In this document: piece by piece, positions 61,610 to 64,000 of the stretch
How positions within the stretch are numbered: the first letter of the stretch is position 1
How the letters are laid out: every line of letters starts with the position of its first letter
Assembly (NCBI GenBank): GCA_964019335.1
Contig: OZ025669.1
Span: 434,001 to 498,000 of the forward strand
Length of the DNA: 64,000 nucleotides
Direction of reading: 5' to 3'
DNA from: Diplonema japonicum
Lineage: Eukaryota > Protista > Euglenozoa: Diplonemea
Translations under genes and position numbers: made by a program
Notes under the pieces: generated by a model
Seen by the model: the letters and a program-made list of their open reading frames with translations, nothing else
Told to the model about the DNA's origin: nothing
Databases searched by the model: none

Positions 61610-64000
61610 TCAAGCAAAGAAATACGGGGATTCCATGACTTCTGAGATGTCAAAGTCACCCCTTTTCGGCGGGAGGGGCAACGTCATATTTGCCGCCCTG
61701 AGCGCTCTCCCGTAGCTGGAGGATAAATCCATATACAAGTGCTCAAGGCGGTCCGGTGTGTACATCTCTACAAACGACTTTCGCAACACATTATTCAGGA
61801 CATCCATGTCACACGCATGGCCCCAATAGGAATCGTGCACCGACCCAAAATCATCGATACCCGCCTCACTCATTTTGCATGTTGTTGCGTGCACGTGGCT
61901 CGCATCCATAGAATGGATGAAGTTCGGAGGAAACGCCGTTTTATTCTTCGTCCACGAAAGCGAAAAGTTGGTCTGTTTGTAAGCGATATCTATCGCCGCC
62001 CCCATCACCTTCACTTTGCACGCTTCCGGCTTTTCTTGAAAGTAGGGCTGCATCACAGGAACACCGGCCTTTTTTTTTTTTTTTTTTTCTTTTTTTCCCG
62101 TTGTCAAAAAAAAAAAAAAATAATAATAATAATACCGGGCTGATAAACGTAATCGGCGGACAACGAAAGCCTGACTCTTTGTGCGCCTTTTCAAGAGCGT
62201 GTAACGTTTCCTTTTTTTTTTTTTTTTTTTTCCCCCTCCCAAAATATACCTTGAACCATTTCTGCACGTGGATAGCACCCATAAAGACATCCTCCAGAGA
62301 CTTCTGAATGAGGGTAACCACGTACCGTGCCACCGTCTTTAGGTAGGGGGCAGAAGGGCGGGGGACCATGTTTTCCGTCTGGGATACGAGCTGCCCGTGC
62401 ACCTGGTTGGTCATCCCCATGTTCGTCACACCATAGACATTTGTCATTACCGACTGCTTCACAGTCTTTCGCTTGAGAAGGGGGTGCACAAAGACAGCCA
62501 TTGCACTGTTTTCAGTGCTCATTTCTGCTTGGTTGTAGACTTTCACCTGTTCCAGGACTGTGGTGTATACATCAGAAGGCTTGTCGGCAAATGACTTTCG
62601 TGTCAAGTTGGCTGTGGTGGCGCCCTTCACGTCCAGTGCCAGTGCGGAGTAATGCTGCAGACCATTGCAAGACCCGTCCACGTGGATGGGCACTCTCGTT
62701 TCATAGTTTCGCGGTCCTGAAGAATGTTTCAAAGCATTCGCCAGCTCGCACAGCACAGTGTAGCCCAGAAGCGGTTTATCAGCAGACCTCCACAACGCAT
62801 CCAGTGACTCCGGATCCTCCTGGTTCCGAATGATGCTCTCCACATTGCTGTCGCACCATTGTATCCTGTCATCGAAGGACGCCTTGTCCAGCCCCATGAG
62901 GTTGGCCGCGTGGATTTTTAAGTGGAACAACCCGTTCGCCCCCAAGGGTTTCGCATCCGCGAACTCCAGCAACGATCTGATAAAGTCCGAAGCTTGATAG
63001 TTGAGCCCCGCGTGCAGAGGGTACGTCCGCCCTCTGAAGTCACAGTTCGACGGTAGCCACAATGTTTTATTCCTGAACTTCTGCGTGAGGTCCGTGATCT
63101 GCCCGGCAGATGCCGATGCAGACGTGCGTTGCGCGATTTTAATAGATTGCTCGGTGACGGCAAGCTTGTGCACTCCTTGCGATTTGAATGTTTTGAATTT
63201 TGGTGAAACAGGGGGGAGCGGGATCCACCCGCCACGCAACTTATCACCCATGTCGAGACCAGTAGCCTTCACGTACATCGAATGCTTGATGGCTACCTCT
63301 GAAAGTCGCCATCTCACGTTGTTTATGTAGTCGAGGGACTTCACGTAGTTGGTTTGGTGCGATGCTTGTGCGGTGGCATACATGAGACGCTTGCACAGGT
63401 TGTTATTGGAGTTTGAAAAGCGGAGAAGGGATGCGGAGAGGGTTTTGTAAGGAGAGGCGGTCTTACGACCGTTGACCATACGAAGCTGTAACCACGGTTC
63501 CGGTGGGCAGATCATCGGAGGGTAGTCGGTGACGAACCCGCTCTCGCTCTTTGTGAGGTCAGCAAAGTCTGCGTCAATACGCAGTATAGTCATGCTTATC
63601 GGCGGCTCAAGCGGCGTTTTCCTCACCCTAATGGTCCCCATCAGGAACGGCCTCACATTGTTGACGGTAACTGAGACCAGCAGATGCAACAGCGTGCTAG
63701 CAGCGTGGAAGTGTCTAGGCGCTATCGCCTCTCTTCGCCCATACAGTTCGGTATATTTTCGGTTCCTCGTCTCCCACTGCAAGCATAGCTTGGCAATGCT
63801 TTTCACGATGACGGAAACCTGTGCACGCTCGTCAGGTTGCGACTGTTTTTTGATCGCATCTGCTACTTGTTCTTTGACGAACGAGGGAATCTTCTCCATG
63901 TACTGATCCAAGTAGAATCTCTTGCTCCGCATGTGGTCTAGTGCTTTCTTTTCAACGTCTGCGATCTGCTGGTATACGTTGAGAAGCAATCGAGCTTCAT
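61610..64000 (-). CDS. POLRMT: Mitochondrial T7-like single-subunit RNA polymerase (5'-partial, 3 exons visible)
   Basis: DFRGRTYP, PIHVDGSCNGLQHY (motif A), RKTVKQSVMTNVYG (motif B), PPNFIHSMDA, VHDSYW (motif C), end SPYFFA. Introns 62211-62249 and 62069-62135. Confidence 0.95.

Noticed and set aside
61610-64000. T7-like RNA polymerase as prophage or viral insertion
   Set aside because: It has host-type spliceosomal introns and no viral neighbours, which fits the nuclear-encoded mitochondrial polymerase.
1-64000. Stop-codon reassignment or an SL-RNA gene
   Set aside because: TAA, TAG and TGA all end conserved proteins at the expected positions (ATG8, PP4, RNA polymerase). No euglenozoan SL core (ACAGTTTCTGTAC) was spotted by eye.

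Overview
Eukaryotic nuclear DNA from a gene-dense protist. The architecture and gene content suggest a euglenozoan, possibly a diplonemid; this is inference, not proven. About 31 protein-coding genes and a decayed LINE all lie on the minus strand over the whole 64 kb, often only 85-190 bp apart. That arrangement suggests polycistronic transcription with trans-splicing. Unlike trypanosomatids, the genes also carry at least 17 short GT-AG introns (37-119 nt), most reconstructed from conserved proteins (PP4, ATG8, TRAP-beta, SPP, Tctex, mitochondrial RNA polymerase, calcineurin B-like). Most of these introns are oligo(A)- or purine-rich up to the 3' splice site. Four end in a pure A-run plus G, with no polypyrimidine tract or visible branch-point consensus. 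Many start codons also directly follow oligo(A). A 7-kb gene-free island (19.0-26.0 kb) holds a perfect 184-bp foldback, a GGAAAC-array MITE, a long-TIR element and a triplicated TTAA-bounded repeat. A bacterial-type peptidase T gene has two single-base frameshifts near its 3' end. No tRNA, rRNA, SL-RNA or CRISPR array could be supported. Non-coding DNA is saturated with homopolymers, so exact run lengths may include sequencing error.
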